Shown piece after piece: positions 39,277 to 48,505 of a DNA stretch of 64,000 bases; position 1 is the first letter of the stretch, and each line of letters opens with the position of its first letter. A program made the translations under genes and the position numbers. The stretch is from Cyanocohniella sp. LLY. GTDB lineage: Bacteria; Cyanobacteriota; Cyanobacteriia; Cyanobacteriales; Nostocaceae. Under the pieces are notes generated by a model that saw only the letters and a program-made list of their open reading frames with translations, was not told the DNA's origin and did not search any database. The stretch is from positions 2,040-66,039 of the forward strand of contig JAKOMP010000016.1 in assembly GCA_022241785.1 (NCBI GenBank), written 5' to 3'.

Positions 39277-40344
39277 CTAAACCATAATTTCTGATGGTGT
39301 GATGGCTGCATACACTTCAGATGGAAGTAGCGCCTCCTTAATGTCAATTTTTCTAGGAATGACACCTACTTCCGTGAATAAATCGGCAACACGTTGTTGT
39401 TCTGCGATTAATGCGGGACTGAGGCCTCTACGTCCTGCAAAGGTACGACGAGACATGACTCTTTCAGCTACATCTGGATCTAGCTTTTGTTCGGTGATCA
39501 TCAATTGTTTCACGTCATCTCGATTTGTATCTGCCCATTTATCAAGAGCATGAAGTTCCTCAATCAGAATTTTCAGCAAGCCAGGATTTTCCAAAGCAAA
39601 CTGTCTGTCTGCAATATAGTAACCACCAGGAGAATCTAACCCCACAGAGTCCCTCAATACACGAATGCGATTCATTTTTTGGGCGATCGCATAATGTGGA
39701 TCTCCTGTCATCCACACGGGAATCCTCCCTTCTAAGAAAGCACCCCGTGCTTCAATAGTTGCCATATTTTTGATGATGATATCGTTAATGGTCAAGCCTA
39801 TTGACTGCAAAGCTCTAAGAATAAAATAGTGTGATGCCGAGCCTCTTTGAAAATAAACTTCTTGCCCTTTTATCTCCTCAAACTTCTGAAGTGAAGACTC
39901 TGGTGGCACAGCAATTACACTAGATACACCTGATTGGGGATTTCTATTAGTCCCAACAACGTAAACAATATCTGAGCCGGCTACCTGGGCAAAAATCGGT
40001 GGGGTTTCTCCTACTGATCCCACATCAACCCTACGCGCCGCCATCCCTTCCATGAGTTGAGGTCCCTGGGCAAATTGCAACCATTCGACTTTTACCCCCA
40101 AAGGATCTAAGCGTTTTTCTAAAACTTGTCGATTCCAGACAAGATCGCCAGCACTTTGATAACCCATGCGGAGAACTTTAGTTGTGATTGCAGAGTAATC
40201 TAAATTGCTTGTACTACCACTTACAGCAGAAGTTTGGACAATATTTTGTTGGTCTTGCTGACTACAACTCCCTAACAAATATGCTGTGGAAAAACCACTT
40301 AGACTATACGTAGCCATATTGAGAAAACGACGGCGTTTAATCAT
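39277..40344 (-). CDS. ssuA: Aliphatic sulfonate ABC transporter substrate-binding protein (SsuA family), Tat/lipoprotein
   Basis: The preferred start is MIKRRRFLNM...LLGSCS. It has the conserved WLQFAQGPQLMEGMAARRVDVGSVGETPPIFAQ block. Confidence 0.8.
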   Translation of the reverse strand: MIKRRRFLNMATYSLSGFSTAYLLGSCSQQDQQNIVQTSAVSGSTSNLDYSAITTKVLRMGYQSAGDLVWNRQVLEKRLDPLGVKVEWLQFAQGPQLMEGMAARRVDVGSVGETPPIFAQVAGSDIVYVVGTNRNPQSGVSSVIAVPPESSLQKFEEIKGQEVYFQRGSASHYFILRALQSIGLTINDIIIKNMATIEARGAFLEGRIPVWMTGDPHYAIAQKMNRIRVLRDSVGLDSPGGYYIADRQFALENPGLLKILIEELHALDKWADTNRDDVKQLMITEQKLDPDVAERVMSRRTFAGRRGLSPALIAEQQRVADLFTEVGVIPRKIDIKEALLPSEVYAAITPSEIMV

Positions 40345-40704
40345 AACTGTGTTGCCTCTCAGATTAGTGATGGTATGAGAAAATGCCAATATTTTGGGAA
40401 TTTCTGAAAATAAATGATCCAAGTTTAATGGAATTTTTTCTTCTTCCCTTACTCCCTACTTCTCTCGACCAGTGTTCGCGTAGCGTCCCGCAGGGATGGG
40501 GATAATTTTTGAGTTGGAAGTTACTTATGGTGCGATCGCCTGAAGTTTACTGAATGAAGTATTGAGCAATATTAGATGTTATCTTAGTGATTCTTGCTAA
40601 ATTAAAGAGGTGTTGAACAATACAAAGATTCATCAATAAAATTTATAAAAAATCAGTCTTTCTTTATTTAGAGAGGTAAAAGCTAAATTTTTTGTAGAAA
40701 AAAT

Positions 40705-40740
40705 TGTAGGTTAGATTATCGTTAGAAAATCTAACCTACA
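40705..40740. repeat. 13-bp-stem perfect hairpin
   Basis: TGTAGGTTAGATT-ATCGTTAGAA-AATCTAACCTACA. Confidence 0.8.
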
Positions 40741-40757
40741 TCTAGCAGAAGATTGAG

Positions 40758-40783
40758 TACGGTATCTTAGCTATATCATCCAG
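40758..40783. promoter_or_regulatory. Half-site copy of the 26-bp box
   Basis: TACGGTATCTTAGCTATATCATCCAG. Confidence 0.25.
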
Positions 40784-40906
40784 TTAATCTTATTACATCT
40801 GGGATATTGGCATCAGGTAAAAAATGAAGACAGCATCTGGGCTTAACTACAGTTCTGATGAAGTAAATAGGTAGTAGATCAAATACTATTATGTATTCTC
40901 AGCAAC

Positions 40907-40932
40907 TACCTAAACTTGATCGAATTACCGTA
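40907..40932. promoter_or_regulatory. 26-bp TAC-N20-GTA palindromic box (putative sulfur-regulon operator)
   Basis: TACCTAAACTTGATCGAATTACCGTA, in the ssuA/porin divergent region. Confidence 0.55.
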
Positions 40933-41068
40933 GATTAGTCACAACTAAGCTTTTCATACTTAAGAGTTAAACGCAAGTACTGGTTAACAAAAATTAACCA
41001 AAAAATAGTTCTTAAGGGACTTGCGTTTTTTATTAAATTATGCAAATATCCAAAGTTAATAGTAAAAC

Positions 41069-41094
41069 TACTAAATACCGATAAAAATTTAGTA
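41069..41094. promoter_or_regulatory. 26-bp TAC-N20-GTA palindromic box (variant arms)
   Basis: TACTAAATACCGATAAAAATTTAGTA, with perfect 8-bp arms. It lies 116 nt upstream of the porin ATG. Confidence 0.45.
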
Positions 41095-41210
41095 GTTTGA
41101 TAGCAAATGCCAATTTAATGATTGAAAAAATGTGTCATGGGGATGTAAAACTCCCGTGGGTTGCTATCAATAAAAGACTTATTAATTTTTTGTGCATAAC
41201 TCAATAACCA

Positions 41211-42953
41211 ATGTCTAAATTTTTGTGGAATTATGGGCTATTGATTCCAGCCCTTTTTAATGGATATTTTGTCCTGTCTTCAGTCACAATTGCTGCTGAA
41301 AAGCCAAATTTATCTGAGCAAAAAATAGAGGAAAGTTCTCCAAATAACACAAGTATTTCGGTAAAAAATCTTCAGTATACATACGACCAAATCACCAGCG
41401 CAGAAATCATTGAAACACCAAATTCTCTTTCATTTCCCCATGAAAATTTATTTTCTCAGCAGAATATAAATCAAAATCATCCTACACAATCAGTTACATC
41501 AGTATCTGAATTATCAGATGTTCAGCCGACAGATTGGGCATTTCAGGCTTTACAGTCTTTAGCTGAACGTTATCAATGTCTGACGACATACCCCACAGGT
41601 GATTTTCAGGGAAATCGTGCTATCACACGCTATGAGTTTGCTTATGGATTGAATACTTGTCTTGATAGAATTAACCAGCTAATTGCTACTAGCACTGAGA
41701 ATTTAGTCACAACAGAAGATTTAGCTACCTTACAAAACTTGCGCGAACAATTTGCGTCAGAACTTGTGGCTTTACGGGGTAGGTTGGATGCTTTGGAAGA
41801 ACGAACGGCTAAAGTAGAAGCCAGTCAGTTTTCTACAACTACCAAATTAGTTGGGGATGCTTTTTTTGTGGTGGCTGATCCCTTTGGCGATCGCGTGGGT
41901 GGTGATCGAGATGAGACTAATACATTTCTTGGCTATCGCGCCAGACTCAACTTTCAAACTAGTTTTACTGGTCAAGATTTACTGACAACATTAATCACAG
42001 CTGCTAGTACTGTTCCTAATTTGGCTGGAACTACGGGAACTCACATGACTCGGTTTACATTTGATAGTGCCATAGGAAACAATACAGCTCTTACCACTTT
42101 GACATATCGCTTTCCTGTGGATTCTCAAACTACTGTCTGGGTAGGGCCTGTAGGATTACAAACAGCTACTTTCACACCGACGTTAAATGGTTCAGTCGGT
42201 GGCGCAAATGGTGCTTTATCTAGGTTTTCAGCTTTTAATCCCACTATTTATCGACCGGGGTTTGAAGGTGCGGGAGCTGCGATCACCCATCGGTTTAGTG
42301 ATCAATTGCAGTTAAACGTAGGTTACATTGCAGATAATAATCAAGCTAGTACCCCAAGTGGCGGTGCTAATGGATTTTTCAACGCCAACCATTCAGCATC
42401 TGCTCAGTTGACCTTTTCGCCTACTAATCAATTAGATATTGGTTTGGCTTACGTGCGTAAATATTTTGGCACTGGAACTGGTTTTAATCTCACTGGTGGC
42501 ACAGGTAGCGCCTTTGCGAGAAATCCTTTTGAACAAAACGCCACTACTAGCAATAACTTTGGCTTAAATTTTAACTGGAGAACTAGTAGCCGCTTGATTG
42601 TTGGGGGTTGGTTTGGTTACACATTAGCCCAACAAGCAAACGCCTCTAATACTGATGCAACTATCATAAATAGTGCGCTGACTTTTGCTTTTCTTGACTT
42701 AGGTAAACCAGGAAATACAGGGGGAATTGTCATAGGTGTGCCACCAAAAGTGACCAGCAGTAACTATATTGCTACTAATGGACAACAGCGTGAAGATCCA
42801 GATACATCTTTGCATTTAGAAGCTTTCTATACTTATCGAGTGAATAATAACATCACGATCACACCAGCTTTGTTCGTTATTACCAATCCTGAACACAACA
42901 ATGCCAACGATACTATTTGGGTGGGTGCGCTGCGAACAAACTTTTCTTTTTAG
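41211..42953 (+). CDS. Outer-membrane porin with an N-terminal SLH domain and an OprB-like beta-barrel
   Basis: Signal peptide, SLH motif (DVQPTDWAFQALQSLAERY), coiled-coil linker, and C-terminal beta-barrel ending in F. Confidence 0.85.
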   Translation: MSKFLWNYGLLIPALFNGYFVLSSVTIAAEKPNLSEQKIEESSPNNTSISVKNLQYTYDQITSAEIIETPNSLSFPHENLFSQQNINQNHPTQSVTSVSELSDVQPTDWAFQALQSLAERYQCLTTYPTGDFQGNRAITRYEFAYGLNTCLDRINQLIATSTENLVTTEDLATLQNLREQFASELVALRGRLDALEERTAKVEASQFSTTTKLVGDAFFVVADPFGDRVGGDRDETNTFLGYRARLNFQTSFTGQDLLTTLITAASTVPNLAGTTGTHMTRFTFDSAIGNNTALTTLTYRFPVDSQTTVWVGPVGLQTATFTPTLNGSVGGANGALSRFSAFNPTIYRPGFEGAGAAITHRFSDQLQLNVGYIADNNQASTPSGGANGFFNANHSASAQLTFSPTNQLDIGLAYVRKYFGTGTGFNLTGGTGSAFARNPFEQNATTSNNFGLNFNWRTSSRLIVGGWFGYTLAQQANASNTDATIINSALTFAFLDLGKPGNTGGIVIGVPPKVTSSNYIATNGQQREDPDTSLHLEAFYTYRVNNNITITPALFVITNPEHNNANDTIWVGALRTNFSF

Positions 42954-43060
42954 TCAGTGAATCACGAAAAAGTCCTACAAATAACCACAAAAAAATTCTG
43001 TAATTTTTACTTTTTGGGGTTGATTTTTACGTAATTTCGTGTAAGATTGTCTCTATATTC

Positions 43061-43086
43061 TACGGTAAATCGGTCGGAATACAGTA
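43061..43086. promoter_or_regulatory. 26-bp TAC-N20-GTA palindromic box (putative sulfur-regulon operator)
   Basis: TACGGTAAATCGGTCGGAATACAGTA, 143 nt upstream of ssuC. Confidence 0.6.
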
Positions 43087-43228
43087 TTTGATTTCATACC
43101 CTGACAATTTTGCTGTTTTCTATATCTGTGTAGAAAAAACCACAAATTACCGCATCAAGACATTTTAAATTTTCCTTGTCGAAGTCATCATACATGAAAA
43201 ATTTGCAAAATAACTAAATCAGTGCCTT

Positions 43229-44056
43229 ATGACTATTACTCTAAAAAATACGAGAAGCCGCGAAAAATCCCTAGAAACAGTACTCAATGGCAAATTTGCT
43301 AATCAAGTTATCCCTTGGGCAGTACCCTTTGCTATACTCATGCTCTGGGAAATTTCTTCCAGAACTGGGTTACTTTCCAGTAGAATTTTACCCCCACCAA
43401 GTGGCGTAGTTATTACAGCATTTAATCTGGCCTTATCTGGAGAACTTTTTAAGCACATAGGAATTAGTGCTTTACGGGCCATATCTGGGTTTGTAGTTGG
43501 TGGGGGAATTGGTTTTATTTTAGGATTAATTACTGGATTTTCTCGCATTGGTGAGGCTTTGTTAGATAGTTCCTTACAAATGCTGCGTAACATTCCTAAT
43601 TTGGCACTCATTCCTCTAGTCATTTTATGGTTTGGGATTGGGGATGAAGCTAGATTATTTTTGGTGGTCATGGGGGTATTTTTCCCAATTTACTTGAATA
43701 CTTATCATGGGATTCGTAGCGTCGATTCTGATCTAATTGAAATGGGTAAAGTCTACGGTTTAAGCACAACTCAACTCCTACAACAAGTTGTTTTTCCCGG
43801 AGCCTTACCTTCAATTCTAATTGGAGTTCGCTTTTCCTTGGGTATTATGTGGCTATCGCTAATTGTTGCTGAACAAATTGCCGCAGATTCTGGTATCGGC
43901 TACATGGCAATGAACGCCCGTGAGTTTATGCAAACAGATGTTGTGGTGCTAAGTATCATCATTTATGCCCTGTTAGGTAAACTAGCAAATTCCTTAGCTA
44001 AAGGCTTGGAACAGAAATTCTTATCATGGAATCCTAATTACAGACCTGCTAGTTAA
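43229..44056 (+). CDS. ssuC: Aliphatic sulfonate ABC transporter permease
   Basis: 275 aa, NitT/TauT-type permease with an EAA-loop region (DLIEMGKVYGLSTTQLLQQVVFPGALP). Confidence 0.85.
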   Translation: MTITLKNTRSREKSLETVLNGKFANQVIPWAVPFAILMLWEISSRTGLLSSRILPPPSGVVITAFNLALSGELFKHIGISALRAISGFVVGGGIGFILGLITGFSRIGEALLDSSLQMLRNIPNLALIPLVILWFGIGDEARLFLVVMGVFFPIYLNTYHGIRSVDSDLIEMGKVYGLSTTQLLQQVVFPGALPSILIGVRFSLGIMWLSLIVAEQIAADSGIGYMAMNAREFMQTDVVVLSIIIYALLGKLANSLAKGLEQKFLSWNPNYRPAS

Positions 44057-44155
44057 ACAAGTCGGAACGGGCTACGCCCCGCTTCGCTAACGGAACGTTT
44101 CCACTTTGTCGATCATCAATGCCTCAACAATTTACTTAGAGCAGGAGAAATAGAT

Positions 44156-44917
44156 ATGGGTTTAAATACAAAAGGTTCAGAACTGAAAATCTTGGATTTA
44201 AAAAAGACTTTTGGTACTACAAAAGTCTTAAAGTCACTAAATTTAGAAGTATCACCAGGAGAGTTTATTGCTATTGTGGGGCGCAGTGGTTGCGGTAAAA
44301 GTACCTTACTACGCCTTGTATCTGGGTTAGATAAACCTACTGATGGTGGCATATTGGTAGATGGAGAACCGCTACGTAAGCTTAGTCACTTTGTTAGAGT
44401 GATGTTTCAAGATCCCCGCTTGCTACCGTGGAAAAAGGTAATTGACAATGTAGGGCTGGGTTTACAAGGAAAAAATTGGATTGAAAAAGCTACACGAGTA
44501 TTAAGACAAGTGGGTCTGGAAGATAGATCAGATGAGTGGCCTTATGTACTATCTGGAGGACAACGACAAAGGGTAGCATTGGCAAGAGCATTGGTGAGCC
44601 AACCACGTTTATTACTACTAGATGAACCGTTAGGCGCATTGGATGCCTTAACTCGTCTAGAAATGCAACATTTAATCGAAGAGTTATGGCAAGAGCGAGG
44701 CTTTACGGCGTTTTTAGTCACTCATGATGTAGAAGAAGCTGTAGCGATGGCAGATCGAGTGATAGTGATTGAAGAAGGCCGCATTTCTTTAGATGTACCT
44801 GTAAAATTGCCGCGTCCACGAGACCGAGCTAGTGATGCATTTATACATATCAGAGAAGTAGTACTAGAAAAAGTGATGAGTAATGATGCATATCAATTAT
44901 TACAAGTAAGTCATTAA
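44156..44917 (+). CDS. ssuB: Aliphatic sulfonate ABC transporter ATP-binding protein
   Basis: [17 protein letters not shown] and LLLLDEP motifs. Confidence 0.85.
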   Translation: MGLNTKGSELKILDLKKTFGTTKVLKSLNLEVSPGEFIAIVGRSGCGKSTLLRLVSGLDKPTDGGILVDGEPLRKLSHFVRVMFQDPRLLPWKKVIDNVGLGLQGKNWIEKATRVLRQVGLEDRSDEWPYVLSGGQRQRVALARALVSQPRLLLLDEPLGALDALTRLEMQHLIEELWQERGFTAFLVTHDVEEAVAMADRVIVIEEGRISLDVPVKLPRPRDRASDAFIHIREVVLEKVMSNDAYQLLQVSH

Positions 44918-44981
44918 TTTTTTGTACTCAAGACTCTGCCCTCTGCGATATTCATAGTTCATTTAAAGAAAGGAACAGAAA

Positions 44982-45647
44982 ATGTCCCAAATCAAGATAT
45001 ATAGTGCAGTTGTTTGTCCTTATGCTCATCGTTCACGCCTGGTACTCCAAGAAAAAGGTGTTGATTTTGAATTGATTGAGATTAATTTGCAGAACAAGCC
45101 GGAAGGATTTATAGATATTTCGCCTTATGGCAAAGTACCTGCGATCGCACATGGTGATCAACGTGTGTGGGAATCGGCTGTAATTAACGAATATCTTGAT
45201 GAAGTCTTTCCCAATCCACCACTATTACCCAGCAGTCCCATTGCTAAAGCACAAGCGCGGATTTGGATTGATTTTGCTAATACAAGATTAGTTCCGGCTT
45301 TTTCTACCCTCTTACGGAATCCAGATGTTTCACAACAAGAAGCCGCCAAACAGGAACTATACAAACATCTGGAGTTTATTGAAAATGAAGGTTTAGGAAA
45401 ACTTTCGGGAGAAGGCCCTTACTGGTTTGGAGAATCGGTAAGTTTAGTTGATTTTACCTTTTATCCTTGGTTTGAACGCTGGCCAGCACTGAAACACTAT
45501 CGCGGTTTTGCTATTCCCGAAGAATTTACCCGTCTGCGTCAATGGAAAAAAGCTTTAAAACAGCGCGAATCTGTGCAGGCGATCGCTCATAATAAAGAGT
45601 TCTATATAGAACGATATGCTAGATTTGCAACTCCTGTTGCTGCTTAA
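44982..45647 (+). CDS. Glutathione S-transferase (Cys-type, omega/glutaredoxin-like active site)
   Basis: N-terminal AVVCPYAHR motif. It is a paralogue of 38384-39067 and the last gene of the ssuCB operon. Confidence 0.75.
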   Translation: MSQIKIYSAVVCPYAHRSRLVLQEKGVDFELIEINLQNKPEGFIDISPYGKVPAIAHGDQRVWESAVINEYLDEVFPNPPLLPSSPIAKAQARIWIDFANTRLVPAFSTLLRNPDVSQQEAAKQELYKHLEFIENEGLGKLSGEGPYWFGESVSLVDFTFYPWFERWPALKHYRGFAIPEEFTRLRQWKKALKQRESVQAIAHNKEFYIERYARFATPVAA

Positions 45648-45688
45648 CTTCTAGCTAATTCCCACATCCTCCACATGGCAAAAATAAA

Positions 45689-45731
45689 GTTGACTGTCGA
45701 AACTTATACATCAACAGTCAACTCTTTTTTA
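45689..45731 (+). terminator. Rho-independent terminator of the ssuCB-gst operon
   Basis: GTTGACTGT-(16 nt loop)-ACAGTCAAC followed by TCTTTTTTA. Confidence 0.6.
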
Positions 45732-45804
45732 TCTGAGTGTCATTCCACTAAAGCACTCAGGGAAATATGTCTTTATCAAAAATTGTCACTTGTCATCAAA
45801 GAAT

Positions 45805-46212
45805 TTAGCCACATAGTAGAGCCGCATCTGCCACCAAGCTGGAGCGACGGAAATAAGAAACAGAATTAAGTCCCATTTTCTTGCAATATTCAGCACACTT
45901 GCGGCACATAGCGGCACATAACATCATCGTGGCATCGCTACTCATTCTTTCACAAGCCATTGCGGTGCGATCGCACATTTCGGCACATAAGCTACAGGTG
46001 TTACCCATAAACTCAGAACCGTCGTTAATCATGTTCACACATATCATGCACATTTCAGCACAATCGCGCATCATGGACATCATTGTCATATCAGCATATT
46101 TATTACCCTGAGTCTTGCAATATTTCAGGGTATCAATACAAGTAGTTTGACACTCTATGCAGGTTTCTTTACAAGCTTGCATTTCGTTAAGTATAACTTC
46201 GGTTGTCATCAT
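45805..46212 (-). CDS. Cys/Met-rich four-helix-bundle (DUF326, copper-storage-like) protein
   Basis: 135 aa with 17 Cys and 19 Met by my count, in repeated C-x3-C / MC arrays. Confidence 0.7.
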   Translation of the reverse strand: MMTTEVILNEMQACKETCIECQTTCIDTLKYCKTQGNKYADMTMMSMMRDCAEMCMICVNMINDGSEFMGNTCSLCAEMCDRTAMACERMSSDATMMLCAAMCRKCAEYCKKMGLNSVSYFRRSSLVADAALLCG

Positions 46213-46881
46213 AATAATAATTTCCTTATTTTTGCAATTCAGTGGAATGGCTTATCTAATTAACAAGTTAAAACCTTATTTTTAGGAAATCAAGGGGTTA
46301 GAGAATTTACCCAAGTTTAAGGTCACATTATCTATCTACTTGACGTAAATTTAGGGGGTTTACATACATTTTTTTGGATTAATTTGCCTGAAACCCTTAT
46401 CATTCAAGACTTGGTGGTTTCCCACTGTTGTTGGATTTTAACTGATGAAAAGCAAAATTTGGCTGAAAGCAGTTAATGGCTATTCAGTTACTCTGATTGT
46501 TTCAACTCTCAAACATAAAAATCCTTTAGCAATTGATAAATCATGAACATCTTATCCAGCAAGCTTTCTAGCTATTTATTCATGAATTAGTTGATGAAAA
46601 TTTTCAATGCTATAAGTATATATTCTTATAGCCAAGATAATATCAAGTTTTCATGACATTATGAAGCTTCATATCATTCTAGTCTTGAATTTACTTCAAC
46701 TCAAAATCAAAATATTTAACAATCAGACCTGATTAAAAATTAACAAATTCTACAGATTTGCAGAATATAAATAAAAAGTAAAAAACTTTCATTACTTCCT
46801 AGCTTAAAAATGTCGTTGGCGATTTTTTTCAAGATACTTGTCTTTTCAAGCTAACTATGCAAAACTATTACTATGAAAATC

Positions 46882-46907
46882 TACTTCAAATCTACCGATT
46901 TACCGTA
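46882..46907. promoter_or_regulatory. 26-bp TAC-N20-GTA palindromic box (putative sulfur-regulon operator)
   Basis: TACTTCAAATCTACCGATTTACCGTA, in the 950-bp AT-rich divergent region and 257 nt upstream of the sfnB-like gene. Confidence 0.6.
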
Positions 46908-47163
46908 GATTATGCGCTTAATTTGTGAAACCTCAGCCAAATCAACTGGTTGTACAGATTTAATCACAAATGCTCACTAAGAGCGATCGCCTGGCTAAAT
47001 ATCTCCTAAATTCCCAAGCTGCATAGATTTTTTACCAGAATTAAATATTGGGACTTGGGGAGAGCTATACCTCTTTATGTAGTCCACAACTCCTAACTTC
47101 CACCATGTTTAACTTATCCCCATTTCCCTTTTCCTCATCCCATCACAAGCATAACAACAGGCT

Positions 47164-48351
47164 ATGGTGCAACTATTAGTTAAAAAAGAGTCCCAAGACT
47201 GGATTAATGTTGCCACTTCTTTATCTACAGAACTAGCTGCTAGTGCCGTAGAAAGAGATATTAAAGCAGGACTACCAGATTTAGAAATCCAACGATTGCG
47301 AGAAACTGGCTTATTACCTTTAGTTGTACCCAAAGAATATGGTGGTACTGGTGCTACTTGGGTAGAAGCTTTCAAAATCGTCCAAGAACTATCGAAAGCA
47401 GATGGTTCTATTGGTCAATTGTATGGCAATCACCTGAACTTGACAGCTTTGGCTCATGTTTCTGGAACACCAGAGCAAAAAGCAAGATACTACAAGGAAA
47501 CTGCCGAAAAAAACTTATTTTGGGCAAATGCCATTAATACCAGAGATACAAAACTGAAAATTACTCCAGAAGGTGACAATTTTCGGGTTAACGGGTTTAA
47601 AAGTTTTGGTACTGGTGTGGCTATTGCAGATTTGCGTGTCTTCTCTGCGATTCCAGATCATTCAGAACTGCCTTTGTTGTTTGTGATTCCCAAAGATAGG
47701 ACTGGTGTTGCTTCTAACCAAGATTGGGATAATATAGGACAACGCCGCACAGATAGCGATACATTCACCTTTCACGATGTTTTGGTGAAAAAAGATGAAA
47801 TTTTGGGATATCCTCACCCTCCTGATGGTGCTTTTAGTACATTTTTGGGAATTATTGCCCAACTGACGAAGACATATATTTATTTAGGAATTGCGGAAGG
47901 AGCATTAGAGGCTGCCAAACAATACACCATCAATGAAACTAAACCTTGGATTACCTCAGGTGTAGATAGTGCAACTCAAGACCTATATATTTTGCGTCGT
48001 TATGGAGACTTGTGGACAGAATTGCAAGCAGCCATTAGCCTAGCAGATAAAGCTGCTACCCAAGTACAGCAGGCATGGGAGCAAGAAGTTAATCTGACTG
48101 AAGCAGAAAGGGGAGAAGTGGCAGTTTCTGTTTTTGCCGCCAAAGTTTTTGCTACCAGTGCTGGGTTAGATATTACTTCAGGTACGTTTGAAGTCATGGG
48201 AACCCGTTCCACAGCGAACAAATACGGGTTTGATAGATATTGGCGTGATTTACGTACTTTTACGCTACATGACCCTGTAGATTATGAGTTGCGTGATATT
48301 GGCAATTGGGTACTTAACCAAGAATTACCCGTTATTACGCAATATTCCTAA
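47164..48351 (+). CDS. Acyl-CoA dehydrogenase-fold flavin monooxygenase (SfnB/DszC-like sulfur acquisition oxidoreductase)
   Basis: 395 aa ACAD fold without the typical catalytic-base context. It heads a sulfonate-type operon. Confidence 0.65.
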   Translation: MVQLLVKKESQDWINVATSLSTELAASAVERDIKAGLPDLEIQRLRETGLLPLVVPKEYGGTGATWVEAFKIVQELSKADGSIGQLYGNHLNLTALAHVSGTPEQKARYYKETAEKNLFWANAINTRDTKLKITPEGDNFRVNGFKSFGTGVAIADLRVFSAIPDHSELPLLFVIPKDRTGVASNQDWDNIGQRRTDSDTFTFHDVLVKKDEILGYPHPPDGAFSTFLGIIAQLTKTYIYLGIAEGALEAAKQYTINETKPWITSGVDSATQDLYILRRYGDLWTELQAAISLADKAATQVQQAWEQEVNLTEAERGEVAVSVFAAKVFATSAGLDITSGTFEVMGTRSTANKYGFDRYWRDLRTFTLHDPVDYELRDIGNWVLNQELPVITQYS

Positions 48352-48425
48352 AGTTTCCGCCACAGTATACCTCTAAATCGGTTGTTTAAGGTGGGTAACA
48401 CCACCTTACTTCCTTTTTTTAATCT

Positions 48426-48495
48426 CACGCAAAGGCAAGCCAGTGCGTTGGGCGGGTTCCCCGACTTGTAGCAACTGGCGCGCAAAGGCGCAAGG
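48426..48495. repeat. Dispersed hairpin repeat (GCCAGT...ACTGGC family)
   Basis: GCCAGTGCGTTGGGCGGGTTCCCCGACTTGTAGCAACTGGC flanked by CGCAAAGGC direct repeats. A copy lies at 5182-5250. Confidence 0.75.
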
Positions 48496-48505
48496 AAATC
48501 AAGTT

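Noticed and set aside
41211-42953. Low Cys/Met content of the porin as standalone evidence for sulfur-sparing.
   Set aside because: Outer-membrane beta-barrels are generally poor in Cys and Met. I mention it only as supporting context.
45675-45869. 64-aa plus-strand ORF between the GST and the Cys-rich gene.
   Set aside because: It contains the stem-loop and T-tract that I call the ssuCB-gst terminator, and it overlaps the 3' end of the convergent gene. No SD is present.
46338-46368. Additional box-like sequences (TGACGTAAATTTAGGGGGTTTACATA here; also about 3733-3758, 16591-16616 and 59658-59687).
   Set aside because: Arm spacing is off by 1-4 nt or only AT-rich arms match. They could be chance matches in AT-rich DNA, so I excluded them from the site list.
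48443-48505. Upstream extension of the PAP2/haloperoxidase-like ORF.
   Set aside because: The extension is encoded by the dispersed hairpin repeat (a copy of 5182-5250). The ATG at 48506 yields a proper twin-arginine signal.
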